Origin: an uncultured Candidatus Saccharibacteria bacterium
Lineage (GTDB): Bacteria > Patescibacteriota > Doudnabacteria > UBA920
DNA length: 64,000 nucleotides
Assembly (NCBI GenBank): GCA_964436545.1
Contig: CAYTCJ010000003.1
Span: forward strand, 70,041 to 134,040
Reading direction: 5' to 3'
Part shown: piece after piece, positions 28,101 to 35,304 of the stretch
How the letters are laid out: each line of letters begins with the position of its first letter
Position numbering within the stretch: the first letter of the stretch is position 1
Position numbers and translations under genes: made by a program
Notes under the pieces: generated by a model
Database searches by the model: none
Told to the model about the DNA's origin: nothing
Seen by the model: only the letters and a program-made list of their open reading frames with translations

Positions 28101-30704
28101 ACAGCCAGTGGCAGGGTGGGGATTGGCACTAACCACACCTCCCCACTGCAGGCTTTGTCGGTAGCTTCGTCTTCACTTTCGGCAATTCCGGCTTTAGGCT
28201 TATCTACTGCCAGTGGGCAATTTTCGGTGTTGGGTGATAGCGGAGCTTATGGTTTAAGGGTGGGTGTTCTATCATCCGGTGATGTTTTCCAACAAGTAGA
28301 TAGATTTGACGGCTCTGCAACTGCTTATAACTTACTCTTACAACCTAGAGGCGGTAAAGTGGGCATTGGCGTAACTTCCGCTTCCCAAACTTTGCACGTT
28401 GTAAGCACAGATGCGGTTGAGCCGACACTTGGCACTGCTCCTTCCTCTGGGGTGTCTATGCTGGGCAGTAATAATGCTTATGGTTTGTTTATTGCCAACA
28501 ATGGAACTTCCGGTGCCACGTGGCTACAAAGTATGAGAAACGACAGTGCAGTAGCTTATGCGTTAAACTTACAGCCCAGTGGCGGGAACGTGGGCATTGG
28601 CACATCTACTCCAGCCCAAAAACTGCATATTAGCGGTTCTGATTTATATACTAACGATTACGGTATTTTAACCATCTCCGATTCCAGCTCACCCAAAAAG
28701 CTAATTTCTATGGGAATGGACGGCACCAATAGTGTGGGACACATTCAAGTCGTTAATAGTGGTTCTGCATATTTGCCTTTGGCTTTAAATGGTAATGGCG
28801 GGAATGTGGGTATTGGCACATCTACGCCATTGGCAACTTTGGAAATTTCCGGCACTTCTCCTTTGAGACTAACCCGTCCCGGACTTAACTCATATAATTC
28901 CACCATATCCGGTTTAATGTCCGGCACTTCCAATGGTGATTTATTGTGGGAAACCAACCAAGCCGACGGTGGTTTTGCTTGGCGGGTAAACAGTGGCAAC
29001 ACTTTTGCTCTGGGCATTACCGAAGCGGGGAATGTGGGGGTGGGGACTTCTACACCAACTCAAAAATTGGTAGTCGTGGGAGGTAATATTCGTCTTTCAA
29101 ATAATCAAAGTTTAATGTTTGGTGACTCGGCTGAGGCTGATGTGCCGTTGATAAAAGTTGATACTAGCAATCAAGCATTGTTTACCAATGGAAATAATGC
29201 CGCCTTTATTTTCTCAACCGGTTTCAGTTCTAATGCCAATAATAACTATATTTTCCAAACCAATGGTGGCACTGAGCGAGTAAGATTTCAATATGATGGG
29301 AATGTGGGTATAGGCACAAGTAGCCCACTTCAAGGTTTGCATATTGGCTCTAACGCCAGTGGTAAGAACGTGCAAGTCGCTAATGGCTGGCTGTGTGTGG
29401 ACAATAACGACTCTTGCACCGGTGCTTCTACGGCCGGCACGGTTTACGCGGTAGGCGCATACACCACCGGTGCGGACGTGGCGGAAAATTATCCAACTAA
29501 CGAAAGTTTAGAAGCCGGAGATGTGGTAATGGCAGATGGTGGTTCTCCCATCTTTGTCAAAAAAGCAAATATGACCAATATGTCCAATACGACCTATAGG
29601 TCCAATGCTGTGCTCGGTGTAGTTTCTACTCAGCCCGGTATTTTATTGAATGGCTATAAAGCCCAAGAGTTTAATAGTGCTTCCACTGTGCCGGTGGCTT
29701 TAAATGGGCGAGTGCCGGTAAAAGTTACTAATGAAAACGGCAATATCAAGATTGGCGACTACTTAACTTTGTCTAAAACTTTCCCGGGCTATGCTATGAA
29801 AGCTGTGCATTCCGGCGAAGTAATTGGTCAAGCTTTGGAAAACTTTGAAAACGAAACTATTGGCACATCAGGTAAAATTTTAGTCTTTATGAGTTTAGGC
29901 TTTAGAAATATTAACAACACTTTTGTCTTAGGCGAAGACGATGGGCAATTGGCTAATGCGACCAGTACACCCCCTCTTTTCCAAAGAGGGGGCAGGGGGA
30001 GTTCATTCTTAATAGATCAACGTGGTTCAGGCAACATCTTACAGCTCCAACAAAACGGGGTAGATAGATTCTTGGTAGCCAATGACGGCACTTTGTCACT
30101 GCTCGCACAAACCGCCTCTACCACCAAAAATATTTTAGAAGTAAAAAATGCTTCCTCCACTGTGTTTGCCATTAACGCTCAAGGCGATGCCCAATTTATT
30201 GGCAAGATTATGGTGAGTAAAAATACGGCTGGTACCGCCGTGGTGAAAGAGGGGGATAATTTAGTGAGAGTGACTTTTGAAAACCCATACCCCAGCGTGC
30301 CCAAGGTAATTGTAAGTGTAAATGGTGTGCCGAATTTCTTTTACGGCGTGGTGGATAAGAGCGAAACCGGATTTACCATTCAGCTAAGCGAACAAACCCA
30401 AAAAGAATTCAGTTTTGATTGGGTGGCATTGGTTCAGCCGGAAAATACCCAGTATGAATCGGGCATAAGCTTTATAGTTTCTGCAAACCCTCCGCCGGCT
30501 GAAACACTGCCTCCGGCTTCCGAAACACCGCCCGCAGAAGAACCACCGGCAGAAACTCCTCCGCCGGCAGAAACTTCTAATCCGGACAATTTAACTAACC
30601 CGCCGGCTTCCGAAACACCACCAGCCGAAGAGACTCCACCGGCAGAAAACACTCCACCGGCAGAAACCGGCGGTGAGGTAGCCGGCACACAAACCGGCCA
30701 ATAA
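19185..30704 (+). CDS. Giant HTH-TM-fibre protein with about 35 GNVGIGT repeats and a C-terminal chaperone-like domain
   Basis: N-terminal HTH (ISLSEASEKTGYHQDYLGFLCRTGKL), coiled coil, TM helix, short collagen stretch, GNVGIGTT modules, GADVAENY...VALNGRVPVKV peptidase G2/intramolecular-chaperone-like domain, ETPPA tail. Confidence 0.9.
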   Translation: MKDTKSKNQNNFISLSEASEKTGYHQDYLGFLCRTGKLEGFKIGRNWVITQSALESFLANNASGQIEAVQTVPVKVIAPSASVPVPEVRAVSQEVEKSKHDLSNLKRKVFEDLNYRIGNLNTQLNELDAKLANSQKAVALPNQVATVSTPVLPAEDFEPKIKPELKTKFASALAVASNLEPEEKTFAPLSVLSKDALLKLKESFRVKARNNFLAPSLAMGVAVLAFVSTVAWNYLQEDLYRNYQTPAVVYKNNFVPQSQPASSTPPVIIQNGNQIVIRDRFTTETVVKSLSADANLVNQLIDQRLNKYLAEGKFKGEKGDTGAQGLQGSNGQTVGAGGYVPYAYYAPVPANNFTGGTSLSSTQLSANSGVITTLSVGDLTTTGNASIGGTLNVSGNTGLSTANITTLNVAGTSNLATTTISQLNISGNATTTGNLTVLGTFNLSGSLSSASGTFSTLVVNGNATTTGNAVVSGNQLISGTLSVVGTSTLATTSLSVLSVSGAQSVIGTSTLATTTITNLSVSGNSTYTGNLTLATMTPGSVIFAGVGGVLNQNNSNFFWDDANKYFNLGTNTISSTLAIQGSGAVNPLTIASSTGTTLLTVLPTGNVGIGTTNPGNKLEVNAGDINIIGSGQAYRQGGSWLIGMLGTSAYVGGGLSGDLQLGANANGQITIKNGGNVGIGTTTPSSRLDVYGAQSAISATIYGGSTVDSARRSGTLALGDDTTAQGRLSYGYGSGVLYLDNTYNHANGDIYVRTQTSGTPVNALVVKGGGNVGIGTTTPGALLQVAGTSANPSNANGQLRISDNSNGIKRLLLGVNTSASTMYSFIQSVEAGNAWRDLVLQQEGGNVGIGTTTPGAKLQIYPNANSTIGLIVQADNNGASNIQQWQQANGTLVAAVGNNGSIGILDGSKILLDGLSGSSYLQESGGLNIVSGSGRDIVLSAGAGGERLRIKNDTGNVGIGTTSPSQALEINGNLRFTNAGSWIDFGNNKSIYNYNNNLNFINGGPSNSVVMTIANSSNVGIATTTPQARLSVQGTGTGGALSFATYNSNAQDILTVTDNANLQIGSTAGNIAGTLTVYNGSSGDFSIAGNTSTGNVTINNANSAGGDINIQTRGTSAIYVKNGGNVGIGTTSPLAKLDVYGNLNVATGSTPTLFVNTATGNVGVNTTNLTDNFTIKPTSAGKGLVIRESDDGNEAIRALGFTAGGLLSLQTGGVNSIYFDATSASGITYFNTGNVGIGTTTPLSKLAVVGTAGANPILDLASSTGTSVLRVAESGNVGIGTASPSAKLDVQGGSGLALIARGGDLGSGTTIFTVQNNSGTGMFSVRGDGGTGIYTGLGIGSTYAGTQPPTNGAIIQGNVGIGTSGPSAPLEVRGTANNGSVQTVQYLINPGTGNGTGAQLAIGYSTSSATQYGAIQGYYDSTLGGTKLGLVAGGTTFLTGDKNGNVGIGTTTPLSKLAVVGTAGANPILDLASSTGTSVLRVSEAGNVGIGTTTPNVGLLINKVGTLYGLSTALQIQTGAILAPNNNGLYTVNAAGTDVVPLIKSDTSNNTWINPGGAGVIRFGAGGSNEYMRLDTNGNLGIGTTTPLTKLVVAGATNSGITPTTGTSLTLDSISTDNYLTVISNSASNAGLIFGSHSSAFTGAVVYNNPNSQMAFKVGGNSTKMVIDSSGNVGIGTTTPTGIIDVVGGNNAYTYFRGASGQPAIRLQKLDSATEFLIRAQSNGTSLENSLGSEHLFITTAGNIGIGTSTPGRTLSVVGDIRATGILYDSSNSAGTSGQFLMTTATGYAWTATSTLFGGNQITGSGTNGYVARFTGANTLSTGVLIDNGTVAGVNATSSSYTFNLQGASGKAPLNIASSTGTSLLVVDQTGNVGIGNTSLFSKLNIIGDIGQYSSSTTSAGSPLGSSLYLGDINFYNSLYYNSAPGLSAVYDSAHNVAAALAFYTYTGNQNSRTEKMRITSAGNVGIGTTSPSAKLAIEGSDVRLNLSDTSGSAQSLIALQSSGATKWFTGKNASNDFIIYDNVASRNALRIAQSGNLFLQEGVGNVGIGTTTPNWKLQVSSSATYNNDAGGAFAITDSTTPTKKIFLGYDASNDVGFINTVQTGVANKNLAINASGGNVGIGTTSMAVKLVVEGNTNLLGTNNDGGVATSALNVNGAFMTIGDYSGAQTFSNGIGIKFNDTGINHMSMKYTPSAGRLDFGPSDTNSYLTINSGQERFSINMTSGNVGIGTTTPQYKLSIDTAGNDYGVVMGQSGSATGKILGLGYFLTGDYGVIQAVHQGTAYKNLAINPNGGNVGIGTASPNDKLEVAGGTTGRVLITDGGGANRKALILEQPGYSGNSYARIEAYDYGASSVKSLAINALGGNVGIGTTTPVSQLEIYQSANVSPQLRIGNNYFNRGIDFGYDTNSAFIQGKADILSAPISYHLALNPNGGNVGIGTTTPSAKLSIAGSTNGIHLGQWSGSSAYNALYLNSSPSVNTTYTLLANDTGSVFLNANGSGSIYLREDNNNLMTIDNNGNVSNVGNLLVGKDASTQDAYIDVGNARSGNGYSYVDIIGDATYTDFGLRLIRGNGGANAYSQLVHRGTGTLSLYTMEASPIEFYTNSSASARMHIASGGNVGIGTTAPGRKLEVNGGTDTTGRIRISGGGGSELISGNLEFYHQTSDHNYNLAMVNNNTLTLFKGTFGATTTPIMTWDGTAGNVGIGTTTPLSKLAVVGTAGANPILDIASSSSTSILRVSHTGNVGIGTTSPAGTLAIKDSLSSSGYSLVINDYYKFRGDGRFNFGNNATQGVLSWDAGIAIVGAQVANDLSLHAGDVEKVRITTAGNVGIGLSSPTARLEVRNSGTGDSAIYVTNTVGGAQATLGAWSSNDGAMRLWKADGTESVRLLANGASHLTGGNLGIGTVSPSFALDVNSNVIGVGTKSANAGYGGQIRYRDDTGTARWMIGLSGSAGATALYNSYNLTNDQVYITTTASGRVGIGTNHTSPLQALSVASSSLSAIPALGLSTASGQFSVLGDSGAYGLRVGVLSSGDVFQQVDRFDGSATAYNLLLQPRGGKVGIGVTSASQTLHVVSTDAVEPTLGTAPSSGVSMLGSNNAYGLFIANNGTSGATWLQSMRNDSAVAYALNLQPSGGNVGIGTSTPAQKLHISGSDLYTNDYGILTISDSSSPKKLISMGMDGTNSVGHIQVVNSGSAYLPLALNGNGGNVGIGTSTPLATLEISGTSPLRLTRPGLNSYNSTISGLMSGTSNGDLLWETNQADGGFAWRVNSGNTFALGITEAGNVGVGTSTPTQKLVVVGGNIRLSNNQSLMFGDSAEADVPLIKVDTSNQALFTNGNNAAFIFSTGFSSNANNNYIFQTNGGTERVRFQYDGNVGIGTSSPLQGLHIGSNASGKNVQVANGWLCVDNNDSCTGASTAGTVYAVGAYTTGADVAENYPTNESLEAGDVVMADGGSPIFVKKANMTNMSNTTYRSNAVLGVVSTQPGILLNGYKAQEFNSASTVPVALNGRVPVKVTNENGNIKIGDYLTLSKTFPGYAMKAVHSGEVIGQALENFENETIGTSGKILVFMSLGFRNINNTFVLGEDDGQLANATSTPPLFQRGGRGSSFLIDQRGSGNILQLQQNGVDRFLVANDGTLSLLAQTASTTKNILEVKNASSTVFAINAQGDAQFIGKIMVSKNTAGTAVVKEGDNLVRVTFENPYPSVPKVIVSVNGVPNFFYGVVDKSETGFTIQLSEQTQKEFSFDWVALVQPENTQYESGISFIVSANPPPAETLPPASETPPAEEPPAETPPPAETSNPDNLTNPPASETPPAEETPPAENTPPAETGGEVAGTQTGQ

Positions 30705-30972
30705 GACAAATAGGACGAATAGGACAAATAGGACGAATGGGACAAATAAGACAAATGGGATGAATAAGATGAATGGGACAAGCTGGCGAATAGAAAATAA
30801 GCAAAAAGACAATAAGACAAATAAGACAAATAGGTCGAATGGGACAAATAAGACAAATGGGATGAATGGGACAAGCTGTCAAATAGAAAAAAAGCAATAA
30901 GACATATGGGACAAATAAGACAATATGACCTATACGTCATATTTGTCCTATAAGTCCTATACGACCTATAAC
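30701..30972. repeat. 9-bp tandem repeat array upstream of the four-helix-bundle gene
   Basis: ataagacaa/ataggacga/atgggacaa units, shifting to ataagtcct/atacgacct units near the gene. Confidence 0.9.
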
Positions 30973-30995
30973 ATATAAAATTAAAACAAAATTTT

Positions 30996-31637
30996 ATGAC
31001 AGACTTAATAGCACAGCACGGCGGTTATCAAAATTTAAAATCATTTCAAGGAGCGGAAATTATTTTTGATTTGACTTTTGAATTTGTTCAACGCTTTGTT
31101 AAATCATTGAAGTGGAAAGAGCAAATGGAAGGCGCTGCGCGCGGTGGCAAGCAAAATATTGCCGAGGGTTCTAAGACTTCAGGCACATCCAAACAAAGCG
31201 AGTTAAGATTGGTTGATGTTGCCAGAGCTTCTTTAGAAGAATTATTAAATGATTATAAAGATTTTTTGCGCGTCAACAATTTGCTAATTTGGGACAAAAA
31301 CGACAAGCGGATTTTGGCAATTCGAAAACTCGCCTACGCACCCAATAGGTCCTGTAAGTCTTATATGACCTATATGTCAAATAGCGAATCATTCGCCAAT
31401 TGTTTGATTTGCTTAATTCATCAAACCAATTATCTGTTGGACCAACAGTTGCGTGTTTTAGAAAAAGATTTGGCTCTGAAAGGGGACTTTAAGGACCGTC
31501 AAAGGGCAATTAAAAAATCCGCAATGTTGAATGACGGGCCCAGTTTTGAGGAGTTTATTAAATCTTTTGGTTTAAAACGTCTGGAGAATGGACAAGTGGT
31601 AAAAATAAATGATGAAGACAAAATAGGACCAATATGA
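30996..31637 (+). CDS. Four-helix-bundle protein (23S rRNA IVP/Avd-like family, four helix bundle suffix type)
   Basis: HGGYQNLKSFQ, QMEGAARGGKQNIAEGS, VARASLEELLNDYKDFLR and ANCLICLIHQTNYLLDQQL motifs. Confidence 0.88.
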   Translation: MTDLIAQHGGYQNLKSFQGAEIIFDLTFEFVQRFVKSLKWKEQMEGAARGGKQNIAEGSKTSGTSKQSELRLVDVARASLEELLNDYKDFLRVNNLLIWDKNDKRILAIRKLAYAPNRSCKSYMTYMSNSESFANCLICLIHQTNYLLDQQLRVLEKDLALKGDFKDRQRAIKKSAMLNDGPSFEEFIKSFGLKRLENGQVVKINDEDKIGPI

Positions 31638-31759
31638 TCCATAGGACGAATATGTGTCCGATAAGTCCTATACGACAATAAGACAATATGACCTATACGT
31701 CATATTTGACCTATTGGTCCTATAAGACATATACGACCTATAAGACCTATTCGTCCTAT
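31615..31759. repeat. 9-bp tandem repeat array downstream of the four-helix-bundle gene
   Basis: Same unit family; includes an exact 32-bp copy (31677-31708) of 30914-30945. Confidence 0.9.
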
Positions 31760-31764
31760 GGCTG

Positions 31765-32250
31765 TTAAAACAGTTTTTCCAAGTCTTCCGTCAGGTTAAT
31801 CTCTTGAGTTTTAATTAGGCGGATAAAAAATTTCTTTCCCAGTTCTAAAAATTCTTTTTCAATCTCTTTGTCCAATTCATAGGGAGAGGCCCAAATAGAG
31901 TTCTGCCACTTTTTAAAACCTAACTGCTTTAGTTTGGCTCTTAAAATGTTTCTTACAGCCTTGTGTTTTTCCGGCACATCAAAAATGACCAGTTTCCACA
32001 TGCCATCTTTTTTCGGCACTTTAATTTTTAACAAGGTTAAGCCTTCAGATGTAATTTTCCCCAAGAGTTTATCTTGCTCGTTTTTTTTCTCCACCAAGCC
32101 CGCGCTAATCATGCGGAATAAGGCATTATAAAATTCTTTATAGCTTAGGGTGGGGGCTAAGATTCTATGGAGCGTGGTAAAAGCCACCCAATCGTTTTTT
32201 TGGAGAAAATGTAAAGTGTTAATGGTGAGTTGGTTAAAGGGACGGGACAT
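31765..32250 (-). CDS. PaaX-family protein (wHTH plus Cas2-like C-terminal domain)
   Basis: DGMWKLVIFDVPEKHKAVRNILRAKLKQLGFKKWQNSIWASP motif. Confidence 0.85.
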   Translation of the reverse strand: MSRPFNQLTINTLHFLQKNDWVAFTTLHRILAPTLSYKEFYNALFRMISAGLVEKKNEQDKLLGKITSEGLTLLKIKVPKKDGMWKLVIFDVPEKHKAVRNILRAKLKQLGFKKWQNSIWASPYELDKEIEKEFLELGKKFFIRLIKTQEINLTEDLEKLF

Positions 32251-32389
32251 TGATTAAAATTTTTAATTTCTAATTTTTAATTCCTAATAAAAATATAGTA
32301 ACCTGTTTATTCATCTAAAAGTATACTAATTTTGGGGATAAATCACAAATATTTTTGTGCTATAATATAAATTAGAAATCCAACAAGAT

Positions 32390-32971
32390 ATGAAATTCAA
32401 TGCTAAAAAATTACTCGTGATTTTTTGTCTAAACCTTGCTTTTAGCAATTTAATGTTTTTTAATATTTCTGAAGCACAACTTGATTACGAAAAAACCCAT
32501 ACCCCCAGCTTAGACCGGATTGCGGTTCTGTCTATGCCTGCCTATGCACAAGGTATTGCCATTAGCAGTAAACCAAATACGACTAATTTTTCTACCGAAG
32601 CTTGCAGTCCTGCCATTTCTCAATCTGGCACTTTGGTTCAGGTTCAAAATACTTTTAATTTAAACCAGTCAGCGGAATGTTTTCGGCTTACCGGAGTTGT
32701 AAAAGCCACAACCTTGACCAAGTTGGCAGTTGAACCTTTAAAGTTAGGCCGGATGAGTGTGGTGGTTATGCCCGACGTTCAACTGGTTAAAGAACATTAC
32801 CAGTTTCCTGTCTCAACCGAGCCAACCGCTGTGCCTCTAATACCCATAATGGTTTTTGTGAGTGTTATATTTTCGGCGGGCAAAAACTTTTTAATTAAAA
32901 ATAAAACCCGCCTTACCTTAAGTTTAAAAAAATCTTTAAGTCTGCACCAGCTTCAGGTGATGCGATGCTAA
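32390..32971 (+). CDS. Hypothetical secreted/membrane protein
   Basis: 193-aa ORF with hydrophobic segments near both ends; TGCTATAAT extended -10 upstream. Confidence 0.65.
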   Translation: MKFNAKKLLVIFCLNLAFSNLMFFNISEAQLDYEKTHTPSLDRIAVLSMPAYAQGIAISSKPNTTNFSTEACSPAISQSGTLVQVQNTFNLNQSAECFRLTGVVKATTLTKLAVEPLKLGRMSVVVMPDVQLVKEHYQFPVSTEPTAVPLIPIMVFVSVIFSAGKNFLIKNKTRLTLSLKKSLSLHQLQVMRC

Positions 32972-33079
32972 AAATCAGCTTAGCCTCTTTGCGGTTTTAA
33001 TAATTTAAACACTAAAAATAAATACATTCTGTCTTGTTAAAAGGTTAACATTGATACAATGTGAGAATAAAAAATATAT

Positions 33080-33646
33080 ATGCCAGAAGAAATTAGAATC
33101 AGCCGACCGGCTTCACCGGTCATGCCTACTCAAACAGCTCAACCTATGCCAGTAGCCGGTCCCGGCAACAATAAAACCCCTTGGATAATTTTAGGCGTAG
33201 TGGTTGCCGGAATTGTGATTTTAGGAGTGGTGTTCAGAGATAAATTATTTGGTAATGGGGGAATGAAAAAAGCCGAAGTCACTATGGCCAAGGCGTCCGG
33301 GTATCAGGCCATGTTTTTAACCAACGGCCAAGTGTATTTTGGTAAATTGACCGATGCCAATGCCAACTTCCCAACCATGACCGATGTGTTTTATTTGCAA
33401 GTAGTCCAACCCCCACTTCAGGGTCAACAAGAACAAGCTCAAGCTCAACAAGGGCAACAAGGCCAACAGCCTCAAATTTCTTTAGTGAAATTGGGTAACG
33501 AGCTTCATGGACCAATGGATGAAATGAAGGTTAACCGTGAACATATCTTGTTCTATGAAAATTTAAAAGAAGATGGTCAAGTGGTGCAAGCCATTAAAAA
33601 CTATAAAGCCAACCCACAAGGGGAAAAGCCCACAGAAAATAAGTAA
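33080..33646 (+). CDS. Conserved hypothetical single-TM protein
   Basis: YQAMFLTNGQVYFGKL and LVKLGNELHGP motifs, which I recognise from a family common in CPR genomes. Confidence 0.8.
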   Translation: MPEEIRISRPASPVMPTQTAQPMPVAGPGNNKTPWIILGVVVAGIVILGVVFRDKLFGNGGMKKAEVTMAKASGYQAMFLTNGQVYFGKLTDANANFPTMTDVFYLQVVQPPLQGQQEQAQAQQGQQGQQPQISLVKLGNELHGPMDEMKVNREHILFYENLKEDGQVVQAIKNYKANPQGEKPTENK

Positions 33647-33682
33647 GCTAAGGACATACGCAAACGCGTAAGCTCTATAAAA

Positions 33683-33721
33683 AAACCGTCCCGCCCTTTT
33701 AAACAAAGGGCGGGACGGTTT
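33683..33721. terminator. Bidirectional terminator
   Basis: aaaccgtcccgcccttt...aaagggcgggacggttt long stem between convergent genes. Confidence 0.8.
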
Positions 33722-33731
33722 AGTTAGGAAG

Positions 33732-34076
33732 CTATTTTATACTTTTGACTAATTGATCAAACATTTCCGGATGTTGTATGGCGAGTTCGGAAAGCATTTT
33801 GCGGTTAATTTGGATATTTTGCTTTTTCATTACACTGGCAAATTTGCTCCAAGTGGTGCCATTTTCTCTTAAGGCGGCGTTGGTTCTAACGAGCCAGAGA
33901 TTTCTAAAATCTCGTTTTTTGTTCCGACGATCTCGGTAGGCATAGGAATCGGCCTTTAAAAGAGCTTGTCTGGCATAGACAAAATTGGTAGAGCGACGGT
34001 TAGTAAAACCTTTGGCTCTTTTAAGTAAACTTTTTCGGCGTTTGTGGGCAGTGGTGCCACGTTTGATTCTGGTCAT
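33732..34076 (-). CDS. rplT: 50S ribosomal protein L20
   Basis: MTRIKRG...AYRDRRNKKRDFRNLW; infC-rpmI-rplT order. Confidence 0.97.
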   Translation of the reverse strand: MTRIKRGTTAHKRRKSLLKRAKGFTNRRSTNFVYARQALLKADSYAYRDRRNKKRDFRNLWLVRTNAALRENGTTWSKFASVMKKQNIQINRKMLSELAIQHPEMFDQLVKSIK

Positions 34077-34150
34077 ATGAGTTTAGTAGTAAGTAGTAGG
34101 TTGTAAAGTTGTAAGTTACTACAACTTACTCACTTACAACTTACAACTAT

Positions 34151-34345
34151 TTATTTATAAGGGATTAAGCTGTGTAATTTTTGATGAACTCTGCCAAGCA
34201 AAATGTCGCGACGCTTATTTTTGGTAGTTTTGCCGGTTTCTCTGGAATTAAAGTGATTCTGGCCGGTTTTTCGGGTCATTAGTTTACCCGAGCCGGTTTT
34301 TTTAATTCGTTTGCTGGTTCCTTTGTGAGTTTTGACTTTAGGCAT
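34151..34345 (-). CDS. rpmI: 50S ribosomal protein L35
   Basis: MPKVKTHKGTSKRIKKTGSGK. Confidence 0.97.
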   Translation of the reverse strand: MPKVKTHKGTSKRIKKTGSGKLMTRKTGQNHFNSRETGKTTKNKRRDILLGRVHQKLHSLIPYK

Positions 34346-34443
34346 AAATTAGTAGTGAGCAAAAATGACATAAGTGACAAAAGTGAACAAAAATCAGTGT
34401 AATTTCATTTTCGTCGTTTTTGTCATTTTTTAATTTTTTTAAT

Positions 34444-34956
34444 TTACTTTGTTGGGGCAATGGTTATGGAAAATGTTCCACCCATTTTTCTAATGGGCAC
34501 TTCGGTGCGGTAAGGATGGGTTAATAATTTAATGAAGTTATTTAATTGGTCTTTGGCAATCTCGGGAAAAGCTTGTTCGCGACCGCGCATTTTCAGTTCA
34601 ATTTTAACTACATTGCCTTCGGTCAGAAATTCATCTACTTTTTTGGCTTTCACTTCCATATCGTGCTGGCCAATGCGGGTGGAGAGCCACATGGTTTTTA
34701 GCTCGGTTTTTTTGCTTTTCTTCTTTGCTTCGCTTTCCGCCTTCTTTTGTTGGTATTTAAATTTGGCAAAGTCAATGAGTTTGCAGACCGGTGGCTGGGC
34801 TTGAGGAGCGACTTCCACTAAGTCTAAACCATGCTCGTTGGCTAAATTAATCGCTTCGGATAATTTGAAAATCCCGAGCTGTTCACCGGTTTCGGTAATC
34901 ACTCTTACCTCAGGAGCTTTAATTTGCAGGTTTATCTTAACTTTTTGTAGCACAAT
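34444..34956 (-). CDS. infC: Translation initiation factor IF-3 (probable ATT start)
   Basis: INLQIKAPEVRVI and LDLVEVAPQAQPPVCKLIDFAKFKY. An in-frame ATT at 34956-34954 lies between a TAA and the GTG called in the ORF track. Confidence 0.95.
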   Translation of the reverse strand: MVLQKVKINLQIKAPEVRVITETGEQLGIFKLSEAINLANEHGLDLVEVAPQAQPPVCKLIDFAKFKYQQKKAESEAKKKSKKTELKTMWLSTRIGQHDMEVKAKKVDEFLTEGNVVKIELKMRGREQAFPEIAKDQLNNFIKLLTHPYRTEVPIRKMGGTFSITIAPTK

Positions 34957-35156
34957 TTATTTACGACGTAGAGCGAGAGAAATGATATGCTTTTCATATC
35001 ATTTTCGAGCCGAGGAGTTAATATACTTTGAATACCTCTTAGCTTGCCATGAGACTTTATAGCAGTGCCTTATCTTTGCTAAAAAAGTCTTCTACTTGTG
35101 GGAGAACTTTTATATTTTATACCAATCTATTTTAATATATTTAAGTTTTCGTGTCA

Positions 35157-35227
35157 ACCCCGTTAGAAGTCGGATGCCTTAGGCATCCGCTGTCCCGATT
35201 TTACGCGGGACAGACTTCTAACGGGGT
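35157..35227. mobile_element. MITE-like element with 15-bp perfect terminal inverted repeats and two internal hairpins
   Basis: accccgttagaagtc ... gacttctaacggggt enclosing cggatgccttaggcatccg and ctgtcccg...cgggacag. Confidence 0.6.
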
Positions 35228-35304
35228 CAACCCAGTAGGTAGAATCACCTTGTTAGATAAAAGGTTATTAGACTTGATTCATTTACACAGAATTAGCCAG
35301 ACGG

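Noticed and set aside
19185-30704. Prophage tail-fibre gene
   Set aside because: No capsid, terminase, portal or integrase genes nearby, and the protein has a TM anchor in a cellular gene context.
30434-30940. Three overlapping minus-strand ORFs (CPICLI, SHLSYL, FVLFVP repeats)
   Set aside because: Artefacts of the 9-mer array and of the antisense strand of the fibre gene.
17794-31759. 9-mer arrays as CRISPR arrays, given a Cas2-like gene at 31765
   Set aside because: There is no constant 23-50-bp repeat separated by unique spacers and no cas1. The protein is the wHTH-fused PaaX type.
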